Assembly (NCBI GenBank): GCA_902540995.1
Contig: CACBOY010000005.1
Location: forward strand, 19,449 to 83,448
Direction of reading: 5' to 3'
Source of the DNA: an uncultured SAR86 cluster bacterium
GTDB lineage: Bacteria; Pseudomonadota; Gammaproteobacteria; Magnimaribacterales; AG-339-G14
DNA: 64,000 nt
Each line of letters opens with the position of its first letter. The stretch's first letter is position 1. The notes under the pieces were generated by a model that saw only the letters and a program-made list of their open reading frames with translations, ran no database searches and was not told where the DNA came from. Of this stretch, positions 1 to 10,182 are shown in pieces. A program made the position numbers and the translations under genes.

Positions 1-520
1 ATAGAGACTTAAGAAATTTAGTATCGATAATAACTTGGACGGGCTGATTAAAAGTACCAATCATGTTTTTAAATCCTTTATGATTTACTCCTGTCTTGCC
101 TCCTATGCTGGCATCAACCTGAGATAACAATGTTGTGGGCACCAAAATAAAATCAACACCACGTAAAAAAGTTGAGGCAATAAAACCAGTCATATCGCAA
201 GTAATACCTCCACCTACGCCAAAAATAACACAATCTCTAGAGTAATTATTTCTAATTAAAAAGTCATACACCTTAGCAAGGTATGACATGTTTTTATTAT
301 TTTCAGAGGCATTGATATTTATAGAATTTATTTTTTTTGAAGAAGACTTTTTTAAATTATTCTTTAATTTATTAATTAATAATTCAGGAACTTTGTTATC
401 GACTATTAATAAAATATCTTTTTGTGAAACTAATTTCTCAAGAGGAGTTGATCCAAGCAAATCATGGCCAACCTTTATGTAATAGTTTTTTGAATCTGTT
501 TTTACCTTAATGATTTTCAT
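1..520 (-). CDS. aroB: 3-dehydroquinate synthase (5' part; runs off window start)
   Basis: Not in the ORF track. ATG at 520-518 overlaps the aroK stop (ATGA). Translation includes GVGGGITCDMTGFIASTFLRGVDFILVPTTLLSQVDASIGGKT, the AroB signature. Confidence 0.95.
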   Translation of the reverse strand, partial: MKIIKVKTDSKNYYIKVGHDLLGSTPLEKLVSQKDILLIVDNKVPELLINKLKNNLKKSSSKKINSININASENNKNMSYLAKVYDFLIRNNYSRDCVIFGVGGGITCDMTGFIASTFLRGVDFILVPTTLLSQVDASIGGKTGVNHKGFKNMIGTFNQPVQVIIDTKFLKSL

Positions 521-1020
521 TCATCTATAAAATTAATTATCTTTTTTAAAATTTCTTCTGTATTTAAATTATCCATATAAATTTTTTTCTTTGATACCGC
601 CTCATAGAAATTAACTCTCTTCTCATATAACTGTTTTAAAATTTCTAAACCATCGCCATCATTTAGTAATGGGCGTTTTTTACTTTCTTTAGTTCTTTCG
701 TGCTGTCGTTCGGGTGAGGAGTCTAAAAAAATCACTTTGTCCTCATGCTCCAAAAATAATCTGTTTTCTTCCCTCTCCACTATGCCTCCCCCAGTAGCAA
801 TAACTGCTTTTTCAAGGGTTTTAGTTTCGCTCAAAGCTTTTGATTCTTTTTGACGAAAGTAATCTTCACCATTTTGTTCAAAAATATCTTTAATTTTTTT
901 TCCTTCTGCTTTTTCAATCAACTTGTCTGTATCGTAAAAATCATAATCCAATTTTTCAGATAAATTCCTTCCGGTTGTGGACTTACCTGTACCCATTGGC
1001 CCGACTAAAAAAACCTTCAT
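517..1020 (-). CDS. aroK: Shikimate kinase
   Basis: P-loop GPMGTGKST, DTD, GEDYFRQKE, ATGGG, RPLL; directly upstream of aroB. Confidence 0.96.
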   Translation of the reverse strand: MKVFLVGPMGTGKSTTGRNLSEKLDYDFYDTDKLIEKAEGKKIKDIFEQNGEDYFRQKESKALSETKTLEKAVIATGGGIVEREENRLFLEHEDKVIFLDSSPERQHERTKESKKRPLLNDGDGLEILKQLYEKRVNFYEAVSKKKIYMDNLNTEEILKKIINFIDE

Positions 1021-1067
1021 AAACTTATCTCTTAGACTAAAATATTGGAATAAGTTTACCTCAAAAT

Positions 1068-3464
1068 ATGATTGATCTATTTAAATCAAAATTCTTTTAT
1101 TTTCTTTTGGTAGTGATATTGCTGCCAATACAAATTACCTTGGGAGTATATTTATATTTTGCTCCCGAAATTCCTTCTTCATCAGAGGTAGCTTCTGTTG
1201 AGTTACAAGTTCCTCTAAAAATTTTTACAAAAGATGGAAAGCTTATCGGAGAATTTGGAGAAATTCACCGGACAAAACTAAAGTTTGAAGAAATCCCAGA
1301 TACCTTTGTTAAAGCATTTTTAGCTGCAGAAGATAGCGATTATTTTAATCATACTGGCGTTGACATCCTAAGCTTGGTAAGAGCTGCTTATCAATTTTTG
1401 AGAGAAGGTGAAATTGTAAGCGGCGGTGGAACCATTACCATGCAAGTTGCTCGGAATTATGTACTTACAAAGGAAAGAACATTTGAGAGAAAATTAAAAG
1501 AAATCTTTACAGCATTGGAGATAGACTTTTCTTTTACCAAAGAAGAAATATTTGAGCTTTATGTAAATCAAATTTTTTTGGGGAACAGGGCTTATGGGAT
1601 CAAAGCAGCAGCAGAAATTTATTATGATAAAAATATAGAAGATCTCAATCTTGCACAATATGCAATGATAGCTGCTCTTCCAAAAGCGCCGTCTAGAATC
1701 AATCCTCTAATAAACCCAAGAAAAGCAATTAACAGAAGAAACTATGTTTTGAGGAGAATGCTCGCTTTAGAGTTTATTGATCAAACTCAATTTGATGTTG
1801 CATCCAGTGCTCCTGTCACAGCATCATTTTCTGGAATCTCTCCTGAAGTTGAAGCTGATTATCTAGCAGAAGAAATAAGAAAATATATCATCAAAAATTA
1901 TGGTCTTTCAGCTTATAAGGACGGATATCAGGTTTTTTCTACAATAGATTCAAGCTATCAAACAGCTGCAAGAGAAGCTGTAGAAGAGGGAATTGAAGAT
2001 TACGAAGAAAGACATGGATTTGAAAAACCTGAAAATCATGAGTATTTACTTCCTAAGAGTTTTAAAAATAGATCTGAATTTTTTTACGCTTTTGCATACG
2101 ACCCATTTTCTTACTTAGATAAATTTGGAATAGAGCTTGAAGCCAAGAATCCTTTTTATAAAGCCATGGAATTTTTAGAGCAACAAGCAGAGTTCAAAAA
2201 TTTTAAACCTGCGATTTTAATTTCCGTTGAAGATGAAAGATTATTGACTTTAAACAAGGAAGGAAAAATAGAAAATATTCTTCTTGCAAACTTAAAAAAA
2301 TCAATCAGACCTAGGATAAATGAAAATAGAAAAGATAAAAAATTGACTAATTTTTCCGAATTTTTTGAAAGCGGGGATCTTGTTTGGCTCTCGAAAGATA
2401 GCAATCAAAATAACTCTATCACCTTATCCATTCATCCCAAGGTTCAATCTGCTCTGGTAAGCTTAAATCCATCCTCGGGTGAAATTTTAGCTCTAGTTGG
2501 GGGTTACAATTTTCGTAATAGCCAATTTAATCGTGCCATTCAGGCCAAACCTCAGCTTGGATCAAATTTTAAGCCATTTTTATATGCAGCTGCATTCGAA
2601 AATGGATTCAGTCCAGCTTCAATAATAGTTGATTCTCCTCTGGTATTTGATGATCAAAATTTAGAAGAAATATGGAGACCACGAAATGCGAGTGGCAAAT
2701 TTTATGGGCCTACTAGACTAAGAGAGGCTCTTGTACAATCTAGAAATGTTGTTAGCGTGAAACTTCTTCAAGAGGTTTCAATTAAAGATGCTAAGGAATC
2801 TTTGGAAAAATTTGGTTTTTATAAAGAAGAGTTACCCAATGATTTATCATTAGCTCTTGGCTCATATGGCGCTAGTCCATTGAAAAATGCTGAGTTGTTT
2901 TCTATTTTTGCGAATGGAGGAAAAAAAGTTGTTCCTTATTTCATTGATAAAATTCTTTTTCCAGACGGAAATGAGATTAATTTTTCAGAAGAAAAGAAAT
3001 CTAAAACTGGAGATTATTTATCTCAATGGTTTGGAACCGATGAAAGGGAAGCAGATAATTTCAGCATAGATCCAAGAATTGCTTTCATGATAAATGATAT
3101 TTTGAAAGAAGCCGCACAAAGGGGTACAGGAAGAAAAATTAACGAGCTAGGAAGAAAAGATTTTGCTGCTAAGACAGGAACATCTAATGATGCAGAAAGT
3201 ACTTGGTTTACAGGATTCAATGAAAACATTTTGACTACTGTTTGGTTTGGTTACGATAACCCATCTAGTTTAGGCAACAATGAATTTGGCAGCACTACAT
3301 CTTTGCCGATATGGCTTAACTATAAAAAACAAATCATCAATACAATTCCAAAAGGTAAATTCAAAAAACCCTCAGGTTTAATTGCAAGGAAAATAAATCT
3401 AGAAACGGGAGAACTCGCGAAACCTGAAGATGAGAGGGTCAAGTTTGAACTTTTTCTTAATTAG
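1068..3464 (+). CDS. mrcA: Penicillin-binding protein 1A (class A PBP)
   Basis: N-terminal TM; transglycosylase motifs EDSDYFNHTG, GGGTITMQ, RKLKE; transpeptidase SNFK, SRN, KTGT; divergent from aroK. Confidence 0.95.
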   Translation: MIDLFKSKFFYFLLVVILLPIQITLGVYLYFAPEIPSSSEVASVELQVPLKIFTKDGKLIGEFGEIHRTKLKFEEIPDTFVKAFLAAEDSDYFNHTGVDILSLVRAAYQFLREGEIVSGGGTITMQVARNYVLTKERTFERKLKEIFTALEIDFSFTKEEIFELYVNQIFLGNRAYGIKAAAEIYYDKNIEDLNLAQYAMIAALPKAPSRINPLINPRKAINRRNYVLRRMLALEFIDQTQFDVASSAPVTASFSGISPEVEADYLAEEIRKYIIKNYGLSAYKDGYQVFSTIDSSYQTAAREAVEEGIEDYEERHGFEKPENHEYLLPKSFKNRSEFFYAFAYDPFSYLDKFGIELEAKNPFYKAMEFLEQQAEFKNFKPAILISVEDERLLTLNKEGKIENILLANLKKSIRPRINENRKDKKLTNFSEFFESGDLVWLSKDSNQNNSITLSIHPKVQSALVSLNPSSGEILALVGGYNFRNSQFNRAIQAKPQLGSNFKPFLYAAAFENGFSPASIIVDSPLVFDDQNLEEIWRPRNASGKFYGPTRLREALVQSRNVVSVKLLQEVSIKDAKESLEKFGFYKEELPNDLSLALGSYGASPLKNAELFSIFANGGKKVVPYFIDKILFPDGNEINFSEEKKSKTGDYLSQWFGTDEREADNFSIDPRIAFMINDILKEAAQRGTGRKINELGRKDFAAKTGTSNDAESTWFTGFNENILTTVWFGYDNPSSLGNNEFGSTTSLPIWLNYKKQIINTIPKGKFKKPSGLIARKINLETGELAKPEDERVKFELFLN

Positions 3465-4041
3465 TGAAGATAGCTTTTTTTAAGAAGTTCCACTGATCTT
3501 CCCATGAACCACTTAAATCTTTTTTGAACTTACTTCTCACGAAGGATTGAATTTGTCCTTCCAAACAGGAAAGTAGTAGGTCGCATGAAGCAGCTAAATT
3601 TAGATTAAGCTTTTTTTTAGTAGTTCTTTCATATTCTTGAAGCGACTGCTTTATTTCTATATTTATTTTCTCAAAACAGTTAGAAACTTTATCTATTATT
3701 TTTACTTCATCTGCGGTGAAAACTTCTCGAGTTAGAATTCTCGAGAAACCCTTGTTTGTTTCGCAAAATTTTAAAACAAGCGCAATCAATTGCCCTGGAA
3801 AATCCTCTGGTTTTGATTCTTCTTTCATAACTTTAATTCTCATAAAGACACTCTCTTCAAAAAAAACGACTAACTCCTCAAAGATTTTTCTTTTGCTGGG
3901 AAAGTGTTTATAAATTGCCGCTTCAGTAATTTCTGATCTCTTAGCTAATTCGGCTGTTGTAATTTTCAATAAATCTCTTTCTTCAAGCATTGCAGCAAGA
4001 GATTGCATAATTATTAATTTTCGCTGTTTTTTCTTTTCCAT
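3457..4041 (-). CDS. slmA: TetR-family nucleoid occlusion factor SlmA
   Basis: ITTAELAKRSEITEAAIYKHFPSKRKIFE matches the SlmA HTH; follows algC-argB. Confidence 0.8.
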   Translation of the reverse strand: MEKKKQRKLIIMQSLAAMLEERDLLKITTAELAKRSEITEAAIYKHFPSKRKIFEELVVFFEESVFMRIKVMKEESKPEDFPGQLIALVLKFCETNKGFSRILTREVFTADEVKIIDKVSNCFEKINIEIKQSLQEYERTTKKKLNLNLAASCDLLLSCLEGQIQSFVRSKFKKDLSGSWEDQWNFLKKAIFTN

Positions 4042-4902
4042 CTACTTACTTATCCAAGTTCCAACTCCTTTATCAGTCAAGAGTTCTATTAAAACGGAGT
4101 GGGGCACACGACCGTCGACGATGTGAGCATTTTTCACACCTTTTTCAAGACAATCAATTGCTCCAGTTAATTTAGGATACATGCCTCCTTTGATATTTTT
4201 TTTGTTTTTTAAAACTCTTTTTGCTTCTTTTAAACTCATTGTAGATATTTTTTTTCCTTCAAGATCTCTTACTCCCGAAATATCTGTGAGCAATATTATC
4301 TTTTCTGCTTTCAGAGATGCTGCAACAGCACAAGCTGCAAAATCTCCATTTATATTCATTGGCTCATCTTTAGAAGTCCACCCAATTGGAGAAATTACTG
4401 GAATTTTGCCAGCTCTTAGTGGTGTCATTATTTTTTTCTTATCAATGCTTTTTACCAAACCTACTTCACCAAGATTTTTTTTACTATCTTTTATTGCTTT
4501 GATTGGTGAATTCTTCTTTCCAACCAGCCTAATTGTCTTACCTCCCCAGAACTGAATAAGATCCGAAATATCTTTATTTATTTTGTTATCCAGAACCTTT
4601 TGAACAATTTTGATCATTTCTAAAGTGGTTTTTCTGATTCCGTCTTTGAATTCGAATTTAATATTATTTTTTATTAACTCAAAGTCTATTTGAGGACCTC
4701 CACCATGAATTAAAATTGGATGGATACCAACTGTCTTCATTAGAACTAAATCCCTTGCAAAGTTTTTTTGTAAAATTTTATTTTCCATAGCATTTCCACC
4801 ATATTTTATGACAACAACTTTGTTATTAAATTTTCTTATGTATGGGAGCGCTTCAGTTAGAACTTTTGAAATATTAATCGCGTTGGTTTCAGAGATACTC
4901 AT
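4042..4902 (-). CDS. argB: Acetylglutamate kinase
   Basis: EALPYI, IKYGGNAM, HGGGPQI, GGMYPK, DGRVPHS, GVGT. Confidence 0.96.
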   Translation of the reverse strand: MSISETNAINISKVLTEALPYIRKFNNKVVVIKYGGNAMENKILQKNFARDLVLMKTVGIHPILIHGGGPQIDFELIKNNIKFEFKDGIRKTTLEMIKIVQKVLDNKINKDISDLIQFWGGKTIRLVGKKNSPIKAIKDSKKNLGEVGLVKSIDKKKIMTPLRAGKIPVISPIGWTSKDEPMNINGDFAACAVAASLKAEKIILLTDISGVRDLEGKKISTMSLKEAKRVLKNKKNIKGGMYPKLTGAIDCLEKGVKNAHIVDGRVPHSVLIELLTDKGVGTWISK

Positions 4903-6275
4903 GAGAAGTCTAATTTCAAGTCAATTTCTATTTTAGACAATAACTCTTTGAAATAATTTTTTATTTCCAATAAGTCACTTTCTGTCTTGCCTTCAAATCG
5001 CAAAACAAGATTTGGCGAAGTATTCGAAGCTCTGATGAGCCCCCATGAATTTTCGTTTTCAAGTCTAATTCCATCTATGTCTATCAAAACATATCCAGAA
5101 GAATTTATTAGAGTTTTTATCTCATCAATAATTTTAAATTTTTCTTCTTCAAGCACTTTCAAATTTATCTCAGGCGTAGAAAAATGCTTTGGATAAGAGT
5201 TAAAGACTTCATGAGGCTTTATTTTTTTCTTTGATAAAACTTCTATTATTCTCAACGAAGAATAAATGGCATCATCGAACCCATACCAGTCATCATTGAA
5301 AAAGATGTGGCCACTCATTTCTCCACCTAACAAAGCGTTAGTTTCGATAATTTTTGATTTTATATATGAATGTCCAGTTCGTGACATGATTGGGGTTCCA
5401 TTAAAATTTTTTATTACTTTCTCTAGATTAGTTGAGCACTTAACATCAAAGACTATGCTACCTCCAGAATTTTTTCTTAATAAATCTTCAGCCAAAAGCA
5501 TCATATAAGCATCTGGAAAAATTATGTTCCCTTTGTTATCTATCAAACCGACTCTATCCCCATCACCATCAAGAGCAATACCCAAATCAGAATTTGTTTC
5601 CAAAACTTTTTTTTGTAAATCTTTTAAATTTTTTGGATTACTGGGATCTGGATGATGATTGGGAAAATTTCCATCTACTTCAGAATAAAGCTCAATAACT
5701 TCTAATCCAAGAAGTTTAAAAGCGTGGGGGGCAATCACTCCCCCAACTCCATTTCCGCAATCAAGACAAACTTTCATCTTAGAATTTATCTTTATCTTTT
5801 CTTGGAGTACTTTTAGGTAATCATCTTTTATATCAAGAGATGTTAATTTACCTGAGCCATCCATAAAAACCTCTTCTTCAATCATTGACTTTATTTTTTT
5901 TATTTTTTCACTTGTCATTGATCTCTTATTGATGACAATTTTTAAGCCGTTGTAGTTTTTGGGATTATGACTTCCAGTCAGCATCACTCCATCAGAGATA
6001 TTTGTCTTGAAAGTAGAAAAATAGAGAAGTGGAGTCGGAACCTCTCCGATGTCAACAACATTACACCCTGAAGACATAACTCCTTTATGAAATTGATTTA
6101 GAAGTCTTTGTCCAGAAATTCTTCCGTCTCTTGCAGTGAGAATAGATGACCTTCCTTCAGAAAGAATATATGATCCTATGGCTCTTCCAATCTGAAATAT
6201 TCCATCTTCCGTGAGCGTTTCATCTACTATTCCTCTGATATCGTAAGCCCGGAAAATTTCAGAATTAACTTTCAT
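4899..6275 (-). CDS. algC: Phosphomannomutase/phosphoglucomutase
   Basis: FRAYDIRG, TGSHNP, DGDGDR, GEMSGH, RASNT. Confidence 0.93.
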   Translation of the reverse strand: MKVNSEIFRAYDIRGIVDETLTEDGIFQIGRAIGSYILSEGRSSILTARDGRISGQRLLNQFHKGVMSSGCNVVDIGEVPTPLLYFSTFKTNISDGVMLTGSHNPKNYNGLKIVINKRSMTSEKIKKIKSMIEEEVFMDGSGKLTSLDIKDDYLKVLQEKIKINSKMKVCLDCGNGVGGVIAPHAFKLLGLEVIELYSEVDGNFPNHHPDPSNPKNLKDLQKKVLETNSDLGIALDGDGDRVGLIDNKGNIIFPDAYMMLLAEDLLRKNSGGSIVFDVKCSTNLEKVIKNFNGTPIMSRTGHSYIKSKIIETNALLGGEMSGHIFFNDDWYGFDDAIYSSLRIIEVLSKKKIKPHEVFNSYPKHFSTPEINLKVLEEEKFKIIDEIKTLINSSGYVLIDIDGIRLENENSWGLIRASNTSPNLVLRFEGKTESDLLEIKNYFKELLSKIEIDLKLDFS

Positions 6276-6312
6276 ATTAGTTTATCCACTTTATAATGAA
6301 TTTTTTTTTATT

Positions 6313-7236
6313 ATGACAACTTTGGCAGAAAAAAAAGGTTTTATCTGGTTTGACGGGAAGATTGTAAATTCAGAGGAAGCCAATGTACATGTTCTAACTC
6401 ATACCTTGCACTATGGCCTTGGAGTTTTTGAAGGAGTGAGAGCATACGAAACCCCAGAGGGTACAAAAATATTTCGACTGGACGATCATACTGAAAGGTT
6501 ATTTTCATCTGCTCTTGCAGTTGACTTAGAAATTCCTTATTCCAAAGACGAAATTAATCAGGCTCAAATAGAAATTGTTAAGCTAAATAATTTAAAAGAA
6601 GCTTACATTAGGCCTATGTGTTTTTATGGTTCAGGTAGTTTAGGTTTAAGAGCAGACGATTTAAAAGTTCATACTATAGTCGCAGCATGGGAGTGGCCAA
6701 GTTATATGGCTCCTGAGGTTTTTGAGAAAGGAATTAAGGTAAAGATATCTTCTTATAAAAGAGAAAGAGGTAATTTAGTTTCAAGATCTAAAGTAAATGG
6801 TAATTACGTTAAGTCCATGATGGCACTAAAAGAAGCTCTCAAAGAAGGCTATGACGAAGCTTTATTATTAGATACTGAAAATTTTATATCCGAAGGATCT
6901 GGAGAAAATTTATTTGTTATAAAAAATAATGAGCTTTTTACTCCAAATTTAGAGGCTTCTTTAGACGGTATAACAAGAAAGGCCATCATCTCTCTTGCTG
7001 AAGAAATAGGCATGAAAGTAAATGTATCTGACTTAACCGTAGAAGATATTTTATCTGCTGAGGAACTTTTTTTTACAGGAACAGCAGCTGAAGTTGTTCC
7101 AATTACTCAAGTCAACAATCAGAAAATTGGCTCCGGAGCGAGAGGCGAGGTAACTGAGATTCTTCAGAAAAATTATTTTGATCAAGTTAGAGGAAAAAGA
7201 TCCTCTTTCCCAGAATGGCACACACTGGTTAGCTAA
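6313..7236 (+). CDS. ilvE: Branched-chain amino acid aminotransferase
   Basis: HTLHYGLGVFEGVRAY, EGSGEN, LDGITR, GTAAEV. Confidence 0.96.
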   Translation: MTTLAEKKGFIWFDGKIVNSEEANVHVLTHTLHYGLGVFEGVRAYETPEGTKIFRLDDHTERLFSSALAVDLEIPYSKDEINQAQIEIVKLNNLKEAYIRPMCFYGSGSLGLRADDLKVHTIVAAWEWPSYMAPEVFEKGIKVKISSYKRERGNLVSRSKVNGNYVKSMMALKEALKEGYDEALLLDTENFISEGSGENLFVIKNNELFTPNLEASLDGITRKAIISLAEEIGMKVNVSDLTVEDILSAEELFFTGTAAEVVPITQVNNQKIGSGARGEVTEILQKNYFDQVRGKRSSFPEWHTLVS

Positions 7237-7245
7237 AGGACAAAC

Positions 7246-8493
7246 TTGAAAAAACTTAAGATTGCTTTCCTTAGCTATAGAAGCAAACCTTTTTCAGGCG
7301 GACAAGGTATTTACGTTAAATATCTTTCCAAAGCACTTAGTGATCTAGGCCATGAGATAGATGTTTTTTCCGGACCTCCTTACCCTGATTTAGACCCTGA
7401 AATTAAGTTAGTGAAAATTCCAAGTTTAGGTCTCTACGAAAAAAAAAGTAAGTTTTTTGACGTAAACCCGACTGAGTTACTAAATCCATTGAATTTATTT
7501 GAATGGTTGAGTGTGAATTCCGGAGGGTTTCCTGAGCCATACACCTTTGGTAAAAGAATAAAAAAATTTTTTAAGAAAAATCTAGATGAATATGATGTTA
7601 TTCACGATAACCAAAGTCTTGCGTATGAGTTACTTTTTTTTCAAAAGAAAAAGCCTTTAATCACCACAATTCATCATCCAATATCAAAGGACCTTAAATA
7701 TCAGTTACAAAGTACTGATGATTTTTTTTTAAAACTTCTTATGAGACGTTGGCACTCTTTTCTTGTAATGCAGAAATTTGTTGCGAAAAGACTTAAAAAA
7801 ATTGTGGTGCCTTCAAATTCATCTTTGGAAGATATAAAAAATGAATTTCAAGTTGATGAAAATAAAATGGAAAGAGTGATGAATGGTATAGACCTTAAAT
7901 TATTCTATCCAGATTTAAAAATAAAAAAAATTCCTTTTCGACTTGTAACTGTTGCTAGCGCAGATGTTCCTTTAAAAGGTTTGGATTATCTCTTAGAGGC
8001 TTTATCCGATCTTATAAAAGTTTATCCAGATATTTCATTATCAATTATTGGAGAACAGAGGAAAGGAGGTCACACCGAAAGATTAATAAAAAAACTTAAT
8101 TTACAAAATAGAGTCAACTTTTTTTCAAATTTAAACCAAGAGGATCTTAGATCTACTTATTGTGAAGCTGAACTAGCAGTTATTCCTTCTCTTTATGAAG
8201 GCTTCGGATTTGCAGCAATAGAGGCAATGGCTTGTGGAGTTCCTTTAATCTCAACTTCTGGAGGTGCTCTTCCAGAAGTAGTGAAAGAGGCAGGAATTAT
8301 AATTCCACCTAAAAAAACCAAAGAGATTTACAATGCAGTTGATTTTCTTTTGTCTTCCCCAGATAAAGCTAAAGAACTGTCTGAAAAAGCTTTAGAAAGA
8401 GCCAATTTAAAATTTTCTTGGGAGACTATAGCTAGGAAATTAGAAAAAGTTTATTTAAAGGAAATGGAAAATTTTAAACATGCAAACAATTAA
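7246..8493 (+). CDS. Glycosyltransferase family 4 (GT-B)
   Basis: TTG start with AAAGGA SD; SYRSKPFSGGQGIYV N-terminus; PSLYEGFGFAAIEAMACG (EX7E motif). Confidence 0.9.
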   Translation: MKKLKIAFLSYRSKPFSGGQGIYVKYLSKALSDLGHEIDVFSGPPYPDLDPEIKLVKIPSLGLYEKKSKFFDVNPTELLNPLNLFEWLSVNSGGFPEPYTFGKRIKKFFKKNLDEYDVIHDNQSLAYELLFFQKKKPLITTIHHPISKDLKYQLQSTDDFFLKLLMRRWHSFLVMQKFVAKRLKKIVVPSNSSLEDIKNEFQVDENKMERVMNGIDLKLFYPDLKIKKIPFRLVTVASADVPLKGLDYLLEALSDLIKVYPDISLSIIGEQRKGGHTERLIKKLNLQNRVNFFSNLNQEDLRSTYCEAELAVIPSLYEGFGFAAIEAMACGVPLISTSGGALPEVVKEAGIIIPPKKTKEIYNAVDFLLSSPDKAKELSEKALERANLKFSWETIARKLEKVYLKEMENFKHANN

Positions 8494-9184
8494 TTTAGAG
8501 TATTTAAATCCTGAAAAAGGTTCAAAAATTCTAGATTTGGGCTGCGGACAAGGGAGACATTGTTTCGGAGCTTACATGCATGCAGATGTAGACGTTTTTG
8601 GGTTTGATATGAGCCATGTAGACGTCCTTAAAGCTCAAAAAAACTTCGAGGAATTCGATGAATCGTCAAGCAACAAAAGTTGCTCTTTTGGTGTAACCGA
8701 CGGAAGAAAACTTCCCTTTAACAGCAATTCCTTTGATTACGTTATATGTTCTGAAGTTTTAGAGCACATTATTGATTTTGAATCAGTTATAGAAGAGATA
8801 GAAAGAGTTTTAAAACCAGGCGGAATATTTGCCGCAAGTGTTCCTAAATATCTTCCGGAGTGGATTTGCTGGAAATTAAGCAAGGCTTACCAAGAAATGC
8901 CAGGCGGGCATGTTAGAATTTTTAAATACAGGCATTTTAAAAAATCAATTGAGCAGAGGGGGTTTTCTTTTTTAAAGAGACATTGGAATCATGCGCTTCA
9001 CTCTCCTTATTGGTGGTTACAATGTATGTTTTGGGAAACCAAAGAAACATCTTGGATCATTAATAAATATCATGACTTTTTAGTTTGGGACATGATGAAA
9101 AAACCTTTTTTGACAAAGGTGCTAGAATTTCTTCTTCAACCAATAATAGCTAAAAGTGTCGTTGCATATTTCAAAAAAAAATAA
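8480..9184 (+). CDS. Class I SAM-dependent methyltransferase
   Basis: ILDLGCGQGRH, FDYVICSEVLEHI, RVLKPGG; overlaps the GT4 gene. Confidence 0.9.
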   Translation: MQTINLEYLNPEKGSKILDLGCGQGRHCFGAYMHADVDVFGFDMSHVDVLKAQKNFEEFDESSSNKSCSFGVTDGRKLPFNSNSFDYVICSEVLEHIIDFESVIEEIERVLKPGGIFAASVPKYLPEWICWKLSKAYQEMPGGHVRIFKYRHFKKSIEQRGFSFLKRHWNHALHSPYWWLQCMFWETKETSWIINKYHDFLVWDMMKKPFLTKVLEFLLQPIIAKSVVAYFKKK

Positions 9185-10181
9185 TCCAAAAAGTATTTTT
9201 GACAGAGCAATCTATTTAAATTTTGCTAAATATATTTTGTCTTGTCAGGATTCAGAAGGCGGTATTCGCTGGGAGCCAAATTCAAAACTGGATCCTTGGG
9301 ATCATATTGAATCTGCAATGGGATTGGATGTTCTTGGATTTGAAGCTGAATCTAAAAAAGCATATAACTGGTTGAGAGCTTATCAAGAAAGCGATGGATC
9401 ATGGTTATCACTATTTCATTCTTCTGAAAAAAATAATTTTAAAGAAACCAATTTCAGCTCTTATATAGCGGTAGGAATGTGGCATCACTTCAAAAACTTT
9501 AAGGATAAGAATTTTCTTGATGAATTTTGGCCAGTTTTGGATGCAGCCATTGAATTTACTCTCTCGGCACAATCAGAGCATGGTGATTTTTCTTGGGCAA
9601 AAGATAACAAGAATTGGTTAGACGATTCTCTCAAAACTGGATGTTCATCGATATACATGAGTCTTCTCTGTTACAAAAAAATTGCATATGAAATAGATAA
9701 GCGAGACAGAGTCTCAGATATTCAAATAAATAATTTAAGAGATTGTTTGAAAAATAAACCTTTTAGATTTGATAGAAATTGGGAGAGCAAAGAACGATAC
9801 AGCATGGATTGGTATTATCCAATTTTATCTGGTGCGTTCTCTAAATCGGACTCAATTGAATTAATTAGAGATAAATGGGACGAGTTTGTCGTTGAGGGTT
9901 TGGGATGTAAGTGCGTAAAGGAAGAGCCATGGGTAACTGCAGCTGAATCAGCAGAATTAGTTTTGGCTTTAACTAAAATTGGCTTAAAAAAAGAAGCAGA
10001 AAAAATACTTCAAGATACTTTTAATTTAATTGACGATGATGGTCTCTTATGGACAGGATACGTTTTTAAGGATAAAAAATACTGGCCAATCGAAAAACCC
10101 AGTTGGACAATGGGAGCGGCCATCCTAGCAGGAAATGCAATAAATAAATTTAGTCCTTCAAGTGATTTTTTTGAATTTTAA
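9156..10181 (+). CDS. Prenyltransferase/squalene-cyclase-like (alpha/alpha)-barrel protein of unknown function
   Basis: QW-like repeats QDSEGG, QESDGSW, QSEHGDF; Trp-rich motifs DPWDHIE, SMDWYYP, PWVT, WTGY, WP-EK-SWT. Start (GTG 9156 or TTG 9162) uncertain. Confidence 0.7.
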   Translation: MSLHISKKNNPKSIFDRAIYLNFAKYILSCQDSEGGIRWEPNSKLDPWDHIESAMGLDVLGFEAESKKAYNWLRAYQESDGSWLSLFHSSEKNNFKETNFSSYIAVGMWHHFKNFKDKNFLDEFWPVLDAAIEFTLSAQSEHGDFSWAKDNKNWLDDSLKTGCSSIYMSLLCYKKIAYEIDKRDRVSDIQINNLRDCLKNKPFRFDRNWESKERYSMDWYYPILSGAFSKSDSIELIRDKWDEFVVEGLGCKCVKEEPWVTAAESAELVLALTKIGLKKEAEKILQDTFNLIDDDGLLWTGYVFKDKKYWPIEKPSWTMGAAILAGNAINKFSPSSDFFEF

Positions 10182-10182
10182 A

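Noticed and set aside
288-482. 64-aa plus-strand ORF
   Set aside because: It is the antisense shadow of aroB, which occupies 1-520 on the minus strand.
6282-6290. DnaA-box-like TTATCCACT between algC and ilvE
   Set aside because: Single box with one mismatch in a 37-nt gap; no cluster or unwinding element, so no support for oriC.
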